Shown here: one piece after another, positions 30,413 through 40,434 of the stretch
Numbering within the stretch: position 1 is the stretch's first letter
Layout: each line of letters starts with the position of its first letter
Assembly: GCA_963676565.1 (NCBI GenBank)
Contig: OY781089.1
Location: forward strand, 2,496,001 to 2,560,000
Length of the DNA stretch: 64,000 bases
From: Halarcobacter sp.
GTDB lineage: Bacteria; Campylobacterota; Campylobacteria; Campylobacterales; Arcobacteraceae
Direction: 5' to 3'
The notes under the pieces: model-generated
What the model was told of the DNA's origin: nothing
The model's database searches: none
Seen by the model: only the letters and a program-made list of their open reading frames with translations
Position numbers and translations under genes: made by a program

Positions 30413-30988
30413 TTATAAATCTAAATAAGTGTTTATATCTTCTTTTGTATCAATATCAATGGCATCTTTTTTTTCTAATTTTATTGTAGGAGCATTGTTT
30501 TTTGCCAAAATTAATTTAGCTCCTTTATCCCCTTTTAGTTTTAATAAACTAGGATAATATTTTTTAGAAAATATAGCAGGAACGGTTGCTAAACTTCCAT
30601 ATTTTGATCCAATTAAAGAATCTTTTTCTAAGTTATCAATTAGTTTTTCATAATGTGATATGGGAATAAAAGGTTGATCACACAACATAATTAAGCATCT
30701 ATCATATTCTTCTATTTGCTCTACTCCAAAACTAATACTACTTGCAATACCATCATGAAACTTTTCATTTACTGCAATTGCAATTGGGTAATCAATTATC
30801 TCTTCAACAATAGTAGTTGCCTTATGTCCTAAGACTACAGTTACATTGTCACTTATATCTAATGCTTTTTCAACGACAATTTGTATTAAACTTTTGTTTT
30901 TATATTTTACTAACTGTTTAGGTTTTCCTAATCTACTTGAGGTACCTGCGGCTAAAATTAAAACTGCTAAATCATCAACTTTTTCCAA
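30413..30988 (-). CDS. mocA: MocA-like molybdenum cofactor cytidylyltransferase
   Basis: ILAAGTSSRLG..KQL, LCDQP, GDKGA and DIDT; adjacent to xdhC. Start set to TTG 30988. Confidence 0.82.
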   Translation of the reverse strand: MEKVDDLAVLILAAGTSSRLGKPKQLVKYKNKSLIQIVVEKALDISDNVTVVLGHKATTIVEEIIDYPIAIAVNEKFHDGIASSISFGVEQIEEYDRCLIMLCDQPFIPISHYEKLIDNLEKDSLIGSKYGSLATVPAIFSKKYYPSLLKLKGDKGAKLILAKNNAPTIKLEKKDAIDIDTKEDINTYLDL

Positions 30989-30990
30989 AA

Positions 30991-31773
30991 TTATAACTTC
31001 CCATTTTTTTTTGCTTCTATTTGTGAACAAATAGATAAAGCTATTGATTCAGGAGTATAACTTCCAATATCTATTCCAATTGGAGCAAAAAATCTTTCTT
31101 CCTTTTCTAAATGAAACTGCTCTTTTTTTCTTTTGGCATTTTTTTTATTTCCCATTAAGCCAATATAACTTATATCTGTTTTTAATAAACTCTCCAAATA
31201 AGTATCATCTGTTTTTGGGTTATGACTTAAGATTACAGCTGCATCGTAACTAAAGAAATCAAAACCTTTTATATCTTCTAATTTTTCTAAATCAATTAGC
31301 TTATCTGCTTCATTACAAAACTGTTTTTTTAATTGAACATCAATTATTGTTGTTTTCCAACCCATTAAATTTGCCATTGATATTAAAGGGCTTATATGTG
31401 CGCCACTTCCAAAAATCAAAAGGGAAAATACTTTATTAATATATTTGTCTATCCCTTCATAATCATTTTCAAAATAAAAGGGTATGGTTTTATACTTACT
31501 ATTTCCATGACCAGAACTTGGGTCTTTGGTAATTGTTTCAAAAACTATTTCCTCTTTTAATTTTAAGGCAATTTTTGAATTCTCTTTTACTTTTTCTTGC
31601 AAAAAACCACTTCCTAATACGCCTGCAAACTCAAAATCTGAGTTTACAAGCATAAGGCTTCCTTTTTTAGAAAAACTTGAGCCAGTTGTAGTTTCCACAT
31701 AAGTTAAAGCAATATCTAATTTTTTTTGTTTAGAATTATCTAAAAATCTATGTAATTGTTTATTTGAAAACAT
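30991..31773 (-). CDS. xdhC: XdhC/CoxI-family Moco insertion chaperone
   Basis: GSS..KG, IFGSGAH, YIGLMG, APIGIDIG and PESIALSI. Confidence 0.9.
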   Translation of the reverse strand: MFSNKQLHRFLDNSKQKKLDIALTYVETTTGSSFSKKGSLMLVNSDFEFAGVLGSGFLQEKVKENSKIALKLKEEIVFETITKDPSSGHGNSKYKTIPFYFENDYEGIDKYINKVFSLLIFGSGAHISPLISMANLMGWKTTIIDVQLKKQFCNEADKLIDLEKLEDIKGFDFFSYDAAVILSHNPKTDDTYLESLLKTDISYIGLMGNKKNAKRKKEQFHLEKEERFFAPIGIDIGSYTPESIALSICSQIEAKKNGKL

Positions 31774-31776
31774 TAT

Positions 31777-33921
31777 TTATCCAAGTTTTATTGGAAAGTT
31801 TGTATATCTTTTTCCCGTTGCATCATATAACGCATTGATTACAGCTGCAAACATAGGTGGAACTCCAACTTCACCAATACCACCAATTTTTTCACCAGAA
31901 TTTATAATTTCCACATTAATATTTTCTGGGGCATCTTTAATTCTATTTACCTCATAATCGTAAAAATTGTTTTGTACCGTTGCACCATTTTCCAATGAAA
32001 TTTGTGCATATTTTATATATCCAATGGTAAAATTAATACACCCTTCAATTTGGTTTTCAATTCCTAATGGATTTATAGCCATACCACAATCAACTGCTCC
32101 CCAAACATTTTGGACTTTAAAATCATTGTTTTCAACTTTAATTTTTACAACATATGCAACTATACTTCCAAATGATTCAGCAATAGCAACACCATAACCA
32201 CTATTCTTTTCCCTTTTATACCAATTTGATTGTTTAGCAACATTTTCCAGTAACTTTACAAATCTTGGACTTTTTAGATTTTTAATTCTAAAATCAAGGG
32301 GGTCAATACCTGAAGCAATAGCAGCTTGGTCAACTATATTTTCAACAACAGGTGCTGAAGTTGTATGACCAACTGATCTTAACCATAATACAGGAACAGG
32401 TGATTCTGGACAAAATGCTTTTAAATCATGATTTGCAATATTATAGGGATGTGTTTCTAAACCTTCTCTTTGTGTTGCATCAATACCATCTTTATACATA
32501 AAACCTTCAAACATAGTACCTTTTGTCAAAGACTGATTGATTACATCTGCTTTAAAAGCTGTGATATTTCCATCTGCATCAACTGCCATTTTTGCTTTAT
32601 TTACTGTAAGAGGTCTATAATAACCCATTTTAATATCATCTTCTCTAGTCCATAAAGTTTGTATTGGCCACTTTTCATCTTTTGCAACTAAAACAGCATC
32701 CACAACAAAATCACTTGATGGATTAGCTCGACGTCCAAAACTTGAACCTAGATAATTATTATAATACTCCACATCATCAGGTTTTATCCCTAAAAGTTTT
32801 GCACAAGTTCCCCTATAAATTGTTTGAAGCTGACCACCTACAGACATATATGCTTTTTTCCCTTTATGATGAACCGTACAGTTTAATGGTTCCATTGGTG
32901 CATGGGCTAAAAATGGGAAAGAATATTGTGCTTCAACTACTTTTTTAGCATTTTTAAAAGCATCATCAATATTTCCATCTTTTTTCATAACTGGTAAATC
33001 ATCTTTATCTAAATAGTTTATATACTCTTTTTCCAAGTCTTTAGAACTAACTTTTCCAAAGTCACCTTTATCCCATTTTACTTCAACTTTTTCAATTGCC
33101 ATTTTTGCTTGATACCAATGTTCTGCAATAATTGCAATTTTTTCATTTGAAAGTTTTTTAATCTTTAAAATTCCTGGCATATTTTTTGCTTTAGAATCAT
33201 CATAACTAATAATTTTAGCTCCAAATGAAATAGGCTGAACAAGTGCTGCATATTTCATATCTGGTAATCTAACATCAATACCAAACTTAGCTTTTCCAGT
33301 GATTTTTTCTTCAACTTCTAAAGGATGTCTTTTTATTCTTTTCCCAATTAAAGTATGATCTTTAGCACTTTTTAGTTTTACATCATTTGGAAGTTTCATA
33401 TCTTTAATATCGTCAATTAAAGAACCGTATGAGATTTTTTCTTTAGTCTTTTTATTAATCACATAAGAATCTTTTGTTGATACATCATACATTCTTACTT
33501 GCCATTTTTTAGCAGCAGCACTTTTTAGCATATATCTTAAAGTAGCTCCAACTTGTCTTACTCTTTGTTGTTGAGTTTTAATACTCATTGAACCACCAGT
33601 TAACATCATTGGCATTCCAGGGATATTAAATACATCATCTACAGGAGCTGGTTCGAAAATAATCTCATCCCAAAAAGCATCAAGTTCATCTGCTATGCAC
33701 ATTGCAATACCAGTGTAAGCTCCCTGCCCCATTTCAACTTGTCCAAGATAAAATGTAATTGTATTATCTTTATCAATTTTTATAAATGCATTTGGTTCAA
33801 TAACTTCACTTTTTTTCTCTACTTTAGAAGCCATTCCTTTTGTTGGCAAATGAAATCCTATAACAAAAGCTGAACTTAAAAGGGCACTATTTTTTACAAA
33901 ATTTCTTCTATTTAAACTCAT
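31777..33921 (-). CDS. iorB: Xanthine-oxidase-family molybdopterin subunit (IorB-like), Tat-exported
   Basis: Tat motif NRRNFVK, EMGQG, TGGS, AHAPMEP, FGRR, WTREDD and GIGE. Start set to ATG 33921. Confidence 0.9.
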   Translation of the reverse strand: MSLNRRNFVKNSALLSSAFVIGFHLPTKGMASKVEKKSEVIEPNAFIKIDKDNTITFYLGQVEMGQGAYTGIAMCIADELDAFWDEIIFEPAPVDDVFNIPGMPMMLTGGSMSIKTQQQRVRQVGATLRYMLKSAAAKKWQVRMYDVSTKDSYVINKKTKEKISYGSLIDDIKDMKLPNDVKLKSAKDHTLIGKRIKRHPLEVEEKITGKAKFGIDVRLPDMKYAALVQPISFGAKIISYDDSKAKNMPGILKIKKLSNEKIAIIAEHWYQAKMAIEKVEVKWDKGDFGKVSSKDLEKEYINYLDKDDLPVMKKDGNIDDAFKNAKKVVEAQYSFPFLAHAPMEPLNCTVHHKGKKAYMSVGGQLQTIYRGTCAKLLGIKPDDVEYYNNYLGSSFGRRANPSSDFVVDAVLVAKDEKWPIQTLWTREDDIKMGYYRPLTVNKAKMAVDADGNITAFKADVINQSLTKGTMFEGFMYKDGIDATQREGLETHPYNIANHDLKAFCPESPVPVLWLRSVGHTTSAPVVENIVDQAAIASGIDPLDFRIKNLKSPRFVKLLENVAKQSNWYKREKNSGYGVAIAESFGSIVAYVVKIKVENNDFKVQNVWGAVDCGMAINPLGIENQIEGCINFTIGYIKYAQISLENGATVQNNFYDYEVNRIKDAPENINVEIINSGEKIGGIGEVGVPPMFAAVINALYDATGKRYTNFPIKLG

Positions 33922-33922
33922 A

Positions 33923-34378
33923 TTATGCTCCTTTAGCAACAGATGAAACTGCTGTTAATATTTTGTTATAAGTTCCACATCTACAAATATTTCCATCCAT
34001 AGCTGATATAATCTCTTCTTTTGATGGGTTTGAATTAGACTTTAATAATCCTGCCGCATTTACAAGTTGTCCCGCTTGACAATATCCACATTGTGCAACA
34101 TCATGTTCTCTCCATTGAACTCTTAAAGCTTTTAACTCTTTATCTTCTTTATTTTCAATAGTTGTGATTTTTTTGCCATATGCTTTGCTTACAGGAGTTG
34201 AGCAACTTCTAATTGCTTGATTATCCAATAATACTGTACAGGCTCCACACATACCAACACCACACCCAAACTTAGTTCCAGTAAGGTCTAAGTAATCTCT
34301 TAATACCCAAAGTATTGGTGTCTCTTCTGGAATATCTTTTAATTCAAATTTTTTTTCATCTACAAATATATGGTTCAT
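33923..34378 (-). CDS. iorA: 2x[2Fe-2S] small subunit (IorA-like)
   Basis: GTKFGCGVGMCGAC, QCGYCQAG and NICRCGTY. Confidence 0.93.
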   Translation of the reverse strand: MNHIFVDEKKFELKDIPEETPILWVLRDYLDLTGTKFGCGVGMCGACTVLLDNQAIRSCSTPVSKAYGKKITTIENKEDKELKALRVQWREHDVAQCGYCQAGQLVNAAGLLKSNSNPSKEEIISAMDGNICRCGTYNKILTAVSSVAKGA

Positions 34379-34533
34379 ATTTACTCCTAATCTCGAAATC
34401 TTACTAGTTTATTTTATGTGATTTTTTAAAAAACCAATAGAACAATTATCTATATCAATTGCCTAATTCTCCAAATTTATTAAATTTGATAATCAATCTA
34501 AATATTAATTTTAATCAAAAACTAAGTTATGTT

Positions 34534-35424
34534 TTAATTATAAATATATACAAAATCTGATTTATTAATTTCTATTTTTAAGTCTTCTTTTTCTGGGATT
34601 TTTTCATTAGAAATTGTTAAAAAAGGAATATTACTTAATCTTGCAAATCGTAAAGGAATCCCCAAATCATATTCAACATGCATTGATCCCACAAAAACCA
34701 ACAACTTGTCTTTTTTAGTTTTCAAAACCTTTTTTGCAAGTTCTGCAACATTTTTAGCCATATAACTGTCCCAAGCAACTTGAACTCTATACATTCTTTC
34801 CTCACAGGGTTCATCAGTTTTATTTGGCATTTTTTTACAATGATTTAAATATGGCATAACTAATTTTTGATGGGCACTTACATTTAAATCTAAAGAATCA
34901 TAAAAAGCTTTTTCCCCTTTAGACATATCTTTTATATTTTTAGTTGAAATTTTTTCTCTTTCCTCATCTGTAAGATTGATTCCATATAAGCTTCCACCGT
35001 TTTTCTTAACCGTTTCATAAATTGGTTCTAGATACTCCCATTTAAACTTTGTAAACTTATCCCACTGCCTTTTCTCTTTTAAGGTTTTTAAATCTATTTT
35101 ACCACTTGTATAATCTTTTAATAAGCCATTATGATTTGGAGAAAACCATTCATTTGCTAAATTTAAGTTATACCCTTCTTTATCCATTTGTTTTAATAAT
35201 TTAGTAAAAAATTCATGGGTTTGTTTAGTATTATGATGGTCACCTACAAATATCACAGGATAGTGTTCAAATTGTTTTACAAGAGTTGGGATATCAATCA
35301 TTTTTCCCTCTTTATTTGAAAAAACACCCTCTTGCTTTTTTAAATCATAACTTAAAACCAAATCTTTATTAGAACAAGCAGTAAAAATAAATAGTGTAAA
35401 AATTAGTAAAAAAATATTCTTCAA
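34534..35424 (-). CDS. ChaN-family (haem-binding) lipoprotein
   Basis: Lipobox FTAC, VIFVGDHH, LANEWF, QVAWD.YMA and GSMH. Start TTG 35424 follows an AAGGA SD. Confidence 0.78.
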   Translation of the reverse strand: MKNIFLLIFTLFIFTACSNKDLVLSYDLKKQEGVFSNKEGKMIDIPTLVKQFEHYPVIFVGDHHNTKQTHEFFTKLLKQMDKEGYNLNLANEWFSPNHNGLLKDYTSGKIDLKTLKEKRQWDKFTKFKWEYLEPIYETVKKNGGSLYGINLTDEEREKISTKNIKDMSKGEKAFYDSLDLNVSAHQKLVMPYLNHCKKMPNKTDEPCEERMYRVQVAWDSYMAKNVAELAKKVLKTKKDKLLVFVGSMHVEYDLGIPLRFARLSNIPFLTISNEKIPEKEDLKIEINKSDFVYIYN

Positions 35425-35587
35425 AATTAATCCTTTAAATAATAAAAAATGATACAAACCATACTCTTAAAAAAACATATCTTATAAAACTTCATTAGTT
35501 TTGTAAGGTATAAATAAACTTCAAGTTTAAAGTTTTTTTAGTATATATAAATAGTAGTTTAAATTACTACATATTAATAAACTATTA

Positions 35588-35596
35588 TGATATAAT
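35588..35596 (+). promoter_or_regulatory. Extended -10 promoter of uvrA
   Basis: TGATATAAT followed by a GC-rich discriminator (GCGCCC). Confidence 0.65.
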
Positions 35597-35627
35597 GCGC
35601 CCTTAAAAATTTTTTAATGGACTATTT

Positions 35628-38444
35628 ATGACTGATACAATTAAAATATATAATGCAAAAGAAAACAACTTAAAAAATATAAATTTAGAGATTCCAAAAA
35701 ATAAACTTATAGTTTTTACTGGACTTTCAGGTTCTGGAAAATCAACTCTTGCTTTTGATACACTTTATGCAGAAGGGCAAAGAAGATATATTGAATCTCT
35801 TAGTGCTTATGCAAGACAATTCTTGGATAAAGTTGGTAAACCTGATGTTGAAAGAATTGAAGGATTAACTCCTGCAATTGCAATTGACCAAAAAACAACT
35901 TCTAAGAATCCAAGATCTACAGTTGGAACGATTACAGAGGTTTATGATTATTTTAGACTTTTATATGCAAGGGTTGGTAAACAACATTGCCATAAATGTG
36001 GCGAACCAATCTCTCAAATGAGTGCAAGTGATGTAATTGATCAAGTTTTAAAACTTCCAGAAAATTCTAAAATAGTTATATTAGCTCCATTAATTAATAG
36101 AAAAAAAGGAAGCTTTGCAGATTTACTTGATAGCTTAAGAAGCAAAGGTTATGTAAGAGCCATGATTGATGGAGTTATGGCAAGACTTGATGAAGATGTA
36201 GAATTAGAAAAAAACAAAATGCACACTATCAAAGTTGTAATTGACAGGGTTGTAGTAAAAGAGGAAAACAAAGATAGAATTGCCCAAGATGTTGAAAAGG
36301 GTTTAAAAGAATCTTTTGGAGAACTTGAAGTTGAAGTTATGAATCATGAAGAAGTGGGAGTAGATAAACATATTCACTATTCTGAACATATGGCTTGTTT
36401 TGATTGTAAAATCTCCTTTGAACCTCTAGAGCCACTATCTTTCTCATTTAACTCACCAAAAGGTGCTTGTCCTTCTTGTGATGGCTTAGGTATAAGATAT
36501 GCCTTAGATATGAAAAAAGTTATAAATGAAGAACTTCCTTTAGAAGATGGTGCCATTAAAATTATATATGGATTTAATAAAGGTTACTATTTTAAGATGC
36601 TAATTGCCTATTGTCAAGGGGCTGGTATAGATATAACAATCCCTTTTAAACAGTTACCAGAGCATCAACAAAAATCAATTTTACATGGTGGAGTTGAAGA
36701 AGCAAAATTTGTTTGGAAAAGACATAATCTAACTAGAAAATGGGAAGGTATTGTAAAAATTGCCTATGACATGATTAAAGATGAAAAAGATATGGCTGAA
36801 TTTATGACAGAAAAGAAATGCTCAGATTGTAATGGAAATAGATTAAAACCCTCTTCTCAAAGTGTTTTTGTAGCAAATAAAACTATTTCTGATGTAATAA
36901 ATAAACCAATTGAAGAAGCCCATGCCTTTTTCCAAGATGAAAAAAACTTTGAGTACCTAAGTGAACAAAACAAGATGATTGCTGCACCAATTTTAAAAGA
37001 AATAAAAGAAAGAATCTTCTTCTTAAATGATGTAGGTTTAGGGTATATAACTTTAGGAAGAGACGCAAGAACTATCTCAGGAGGAGAAGCTCAAAGAATT
37101 AGAGTTGCTTCACAAATTGGTTCAGGACTAACAGGAGTTATGTATGTTTTAGATGAGCCATCAATTGGACTTCATGAAAGAGATACAAATAAACTAATTA
37201 AAACATTAAAAGCCTTACAAGAAAAAGGTAATAGTGTAATTGTAGTTGAGCATGATAAAGAAACAATTGAAGCTGCTGATTTTATTGTTGATATTGGTCC
37301 AAATGCAGGGAAATATGGTGGAGAAATTGTTTTTGCAGGAACGCTAAAAGAAATGAATAAAGCCAAAACTTTAACTGCACAATATATGAATGGAAAGAAA
37401 AAAATAGAATATCCACACAATAGACCTCAAGAAGAGTTTATTGAAATAAAAAATGTAAATATCAACAACATTGAAAACCTTGATGTAAAAATACCATTAA
37501 AAAATCTTTGTGCAATTACGGGTGTTAGTGGAAGTGGAAAATCATCACTAATTTTACAAACACTACTTCCTGTTGCAAAAGAATTATTAAATCATGCAAG
37601 AAAAGTAAATAAAGTTGATGGCGTAGAGATTCAAGGTTTAGAGAAACTTGATAAAGTTATCTATCTTGACCAAAGCCCTATTGGAAGAACACCAAGATCA
37701 AACCCTGCAACATATACAGGTCTTATGGATGAGATTAGAACACTTTTTGCAAAAACAAAAGAAGCTGAAATTAGAGGATACAAAATTGGTAGATTCTCAT
37801 TTAATGTTAAAGGTGGTAGATGTGAAAAATGTCAAGGTGAAGGTGAGATAAAAATTGAGATGCACTTCTTACCAGATATTATGGTTAAATGTGATGATTG
37901 TGGTGGGCATCGATATAATGCCCAAACACTTGAAATCCTTTATAAAGGTAAAAACATTTCTGATGTACTTAATATGAGTGTAGATGAAGCCTTAGAGTTT
38001 TTCCAAAAAGTTCCAAAAATAAAAGCTAAACTTCAAACATTAAGCGATGTTGGACTTGGATATATTACCCTTGGTCAAAATGCAGTTACACTTTCAGGTG
38101 GGGAAGCTCAAAGAATTAAATTATCAAAAGAGCTTAGTAAAAAAGACACTGGAAATACTTTATATGTATTGGATGAACCAACAACAGGACTTCATTTTGC
38201 AGATGTTGATAGATTAACAAAAGTGTTACACCATCTAGTTGAAGTTGGGAATTCAGTTCTTGTAATTGAACACAATCTTGATGTTATTAAAAACTCTGAT
38301 TGGGTTATTGATATGGGACCTGAAGGTGGGAATAAAGGTGGAAAAATTATTGCAGAAGGAACTCCTGAAGAGTTAGCAAAAACACATAAGGAAACCTCTT
38401 CTTACACAGGGTATTATCTAGATAAAGAATTAAATGGTAAATAA
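35628..38444 (+). CDS. uvrA: Excinuclease ABC subunit A
   Basis: Two GxSGSGKS Walker A motifs, two SGGEAQR signatures and zinc fingers. Confidence 0.98.
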   Translation: MTDTIKIYNAKENNLKNINLEIPKNKLIVFTGLSGSGKSTLAFDTLYAEGQRRYIESLSAYARQFLDKVGKPDVERIEGLTPAIAIDQKTTSKNPRSTVGTITEVYDYFRLLYARVGKQHCHKCGEPISQMSASDVIDQVLKLPENSKIVILAPLINRKKGSFADLLDSLRSKGYVRAMIDGVMARLDEDVELEKNKMHTIKVVIDRVVVKEENKDRIAQDVEKGLKESFGELEVEVMNHEEVGVDKHIHYSEHMACFDCKISFEPLEPLSFSFNSPKGACPSCDGLGIRYALDMKKVINEELPLEDGAIKIIYGFNKGYYFKMLIAYCQGAGIDITIPFKQLPEHQQKSILHGGVEEAKFVWKRHNLTRKWEGIVKIAYDMIKDEKDMAEFMTEKKCSDCNGNRLKPSSQSVFVANKTISDVINKPIEEAHAFFQDEKNFEYLSEQNKMIAAPILKEIKERIFFLNDVGLGYITLGRDARTISGGEAQRIRVASQIGSGLTGVMYVLDEPSIGLHERDTNKLIKTLKALQEKGNSVIVVEHDKETIEAADFIVDIGPNAGKYGGEIVFAGTLKEMNKAKTLTAQYMNGKKKIEYPHNRPQEEFIEIKNVNINNIENLDVKIPLKNLCAITGVSGSGKSSLILQTLLPVAKELLNHARKVNKVDGVEIQGLEKLDKVIYLDQSPIGRTPRSNPATYTGLMDEIRTLFAKTKEAEIRGYKIGRFSFNVKGGRCEKCQGEGEIKIEMHFLPDIMVKCDDCGGHRYNAQTLEILYKGKNISDVLNMSVDEALEFFQKVPKIKAKLQTLSDVGLGYITLGQNAVTLSGGEAQRIKLSKELSKKDTGNTLYVLDEPTTGLHFADVDRLTKVLHHLVEVGNSVLVIEHNLDVIKNSDWVIDMGPEGGNKGGKIIAEGTPEELAKTHKETSSYTGYYLDKELNGK

Positions 38445-38796
38445 TAATATTTTCACCCAAGAAACTTCTATTGAGAGGTTTATCTATGCAATTGAAAATA
38501 AAATGTTTGTGCAAGCCCATGAATTACTTGAAGATGATTGGAGAAATTATAAAAAAATTTATAAACAAACAGATGAAAAAATTTATTGGATTAAAGCAAA
38601 AGCAGTTCAAGGTCTTATAAATGGTGCAACTGCTTTGGCTTTGTATTTTGATAAAAAAAGACCACATAGTTATGAAAAAATTTGGAAGGTTTTTGAAAAA
38701 TATGATCCTTTATTAAAAGAATCAGGTTTGAAAAATTTAGATAAATATTTTTATGCAAGAGATCTATTAATAAAAATCAATAGTACAATCAAGTAG
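38434..38796 (+). CDS. DUF309-like protein
   Basis: F..AHELLE..W and QGLI motifs. Confidence 0.75.
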   Translation: MVNNNIFTQETSIERFIYAIENKMFVQAHELLEDDWRNYKKIYKQTDEKIYWIKAKAVQGLINGATALALYFDKKRPHSYEKIWKVFEKYDPLLKESGLKNLDKYFYARDLLIKINSTIK

Positions 38797-38805
38797 CCAA
38801 ACTAC

Positions 38806-39219
38806 TTAACTTAATTCGGCTGCTTGTTCTGCTTTAGCTTGAGCTATAAAATATGCTTTTAGTTTCATCATTTCATCAGTTGGAAACTGACTTTCAGACT
38901 CACCTCTAACAGCTTTTACAAAAAAATCTTTTGAATCATTGTTATAGCCAAAATTTAAATTTGTAAGTACCACTTCTTGATATTGCGCAACATCTTGTGC
39001 CGTTACCTCTTTTGTTTCCTTTGCTTTAGAAACCTCATTATTTATCTCATTAGCAGAAGAAGATTCTTCTACATTTTTAAAGAAAGAATCTTTAGCTATT
39101 TGTTTTGCTTCATCACCACTTTTTAGTTTCGCAATTTCATTTGAAGGTTGTATTTGTTGAATCAAAATCTGTTGATTATCAGCATACTGATTCATATTAG
39201 AAATTAATCCATATTCCAT
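38806..39219 (-). CDS. Hypothetical protein with a FlaG-like C-terminal domain
   Basis: Strong SD AAGGAGG. LNFGYN..SKDFFVKAV....QFPTDEMMKL resembles the FlaG L.F...V.V...QIP.EE.L pattern. Confidence 0.55.
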   Translation of the reverse strand: MEYGLISNMNQYADNQQILIQQIQPSNEIAKLKSGDEAKQIAKDSFFKNVEESSSANEINNEVSKAKETKEVTAQDVAQYQEVVLTNLNFGYNNDSKDFFVKAVRGESESQFPTDEMMKLKAYFIAQAKAEQAAELS

Positions 39220-39239
39220 GACTACCTCCTTTTTTTATT

Positions 39240-39269
39240 ATTATACAAAAAAATTGTTTTTTTTGTCAA
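39240..39269 (-). promoter_or_regulatory. Consensus sigma70 promoter with a palindromic homopolymer spacer
   Basis: Minus strand TTGACA-18 nt-TATAAT. The spacer overlaps the ACAAAAAAA-N4-TTTTTTTGT inverted repeat. Confidence 0.7.
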
Positions 39270-39337
39270 AAAAAAAACCATTTTCATCATTTTTTTGGTA
39301 TTATACGTTGTAAATTTTTATAACAAAGGAGTAGTGA

Positions 39338-39397
39338 TTGGAAGATAGTTCCCAGAGGTGCAGTTTAATAAATAAAGGTATAAAATGGATATATTAA
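39338..39397 (+). CDS. Putative leader peptide MEDSSQRCSLINKGIKWIY (upstream ORF)
   Basis: SD AAGGAG (39326-31), then 6 nt, then TTG. 19 codons, overlapping the CNNM start out of frame. Confidence 0.45.
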   Translation: MEDSSQRCSLINKGIKWIY

Positions 39398-40434
39398 TAT
39401 TTCTATTTATACTTGTAATAGGCACGTCATTTTTATGTTCTGTTTTAGAATCAGTTATTCTATCTACGAATTTTAGCTATATCTCAGTAGTTGAAAATGA
39501 AAATCCAAAAACTGGAAAACTTTTAAAAGAATTAAAAACAAATATTGATCAATCTATAGCTTCAATATTGATTTTAAATACTATAGCAAATACTTTAGGT
39601 GCAACGGCAATTGGTGTTCAAGCTCAAAATGTATTTGAAGGTGATGCAACATTAGTAATGATTGTTTCAATATTATTAACTTTTGCAATTTTATTTGTTG
39701 CAGAGATTATTCCAAAAACAATTGGTGCAGTTTACTGGAAGCAATTAGCTCCAATAAGTGCAAGTTTTATTAAGGCATTTGTATTTTTAACTTATCCAAT
39801 AATTTTAATTACACAATTTGTAACTAAAAAAATTAAAGGAAAAGAAAATTCTGACTCATTATCAAGGGAAGAACTAATTCATACTACACTATTAAGTGAA
39901 GAAGAAGGTGTTATTGGAGATTTAGAATCAGATATTATTGAAAATACTTTAACATTAAACGAAATAAAAATAAAAGATATTTTAACTCCAAGATCTGTTA
40001 TGTATGCAGTTGAAAAAGATACTATAATTAAAGATATTTTAGAGGATAAAAGAACTTATAAATTTTCAAGAGTTCCTGTATATGAAGGGACAATTGATAA
40101 TATAATTGGAGTTATTTTAACAAAAAAGCTTTTTAAACAAGCAATAAAAAATGAGACATCGAAAATTGAAGCGATTATGAAACCTGTATTTGCTTTAAAT
40201 GAAAATATTCCTGTTGGAAAAGCTTTAAATAAATTCATCGAAAAAAGAGAACACATGTTTGTTGTTCTTGATAATTATGATCAAACTGAAGGAATTATTA
40301 CTTTAGAAGATTGTATTGAAACACTTTTAGGCTTAGAAATCATGGATGAGTCTGATACGACAGCTGATATGAGAAGATTAGCACTTAATAAAATGAAAGC
40401 AAAAAGAAAAGAGAGAGCAAGTAAGAGAGCTTAA
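39385..40434 (+). CDS. CNNM/DUF21-CBS (CorB-like) metal transporter
   Basis: CSVLES, ILILNTIAN, EIIPK, TPR, FSRVPVY and LEDCIETLLGLEIMDE. Confidence 0.9.
   Translation: MDILIFLFILVIGTSFLCSVLESVILSTNFSYISVVENENPKTGKLLKELKTNIDQSIASILILNTIANTLGATAIGVQAQNVFEGDATLVMIVSILLTFAILFVAEIIPKTIGAVYWKQLAPISASFIKAFVFLTYPIILITQFVTKKIKGKENSDSLSREELIHTTLLSEEEGVIGDLESDIIENTLTLNEIKIKDILTPRSVMYAVEKDTIIKDILEDKRTYKFSRVPVYEGTIDNIIGVILTKKLFKQAIKNETSKIEAIMKPVFALNENIPVGKALNKFIEKREHMFVVLDNYDQTEGIITLEDCIETLLGLEIMDESDTTADMRRLALNKMKAKRKERASKRA

Noticed and set aside
34482..34510. Fur-box-like TGATAATCAATCTA upstream of iorA
   Set aside because: Only a half-site match in very AT-rich DNA; not distinguishable from chance.
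35588..35627. Possible tRNA or stable RNA after TATAATGCGCCC
   Set aside because: No cloverleaf or T-loop; it leads directly into uvrA.
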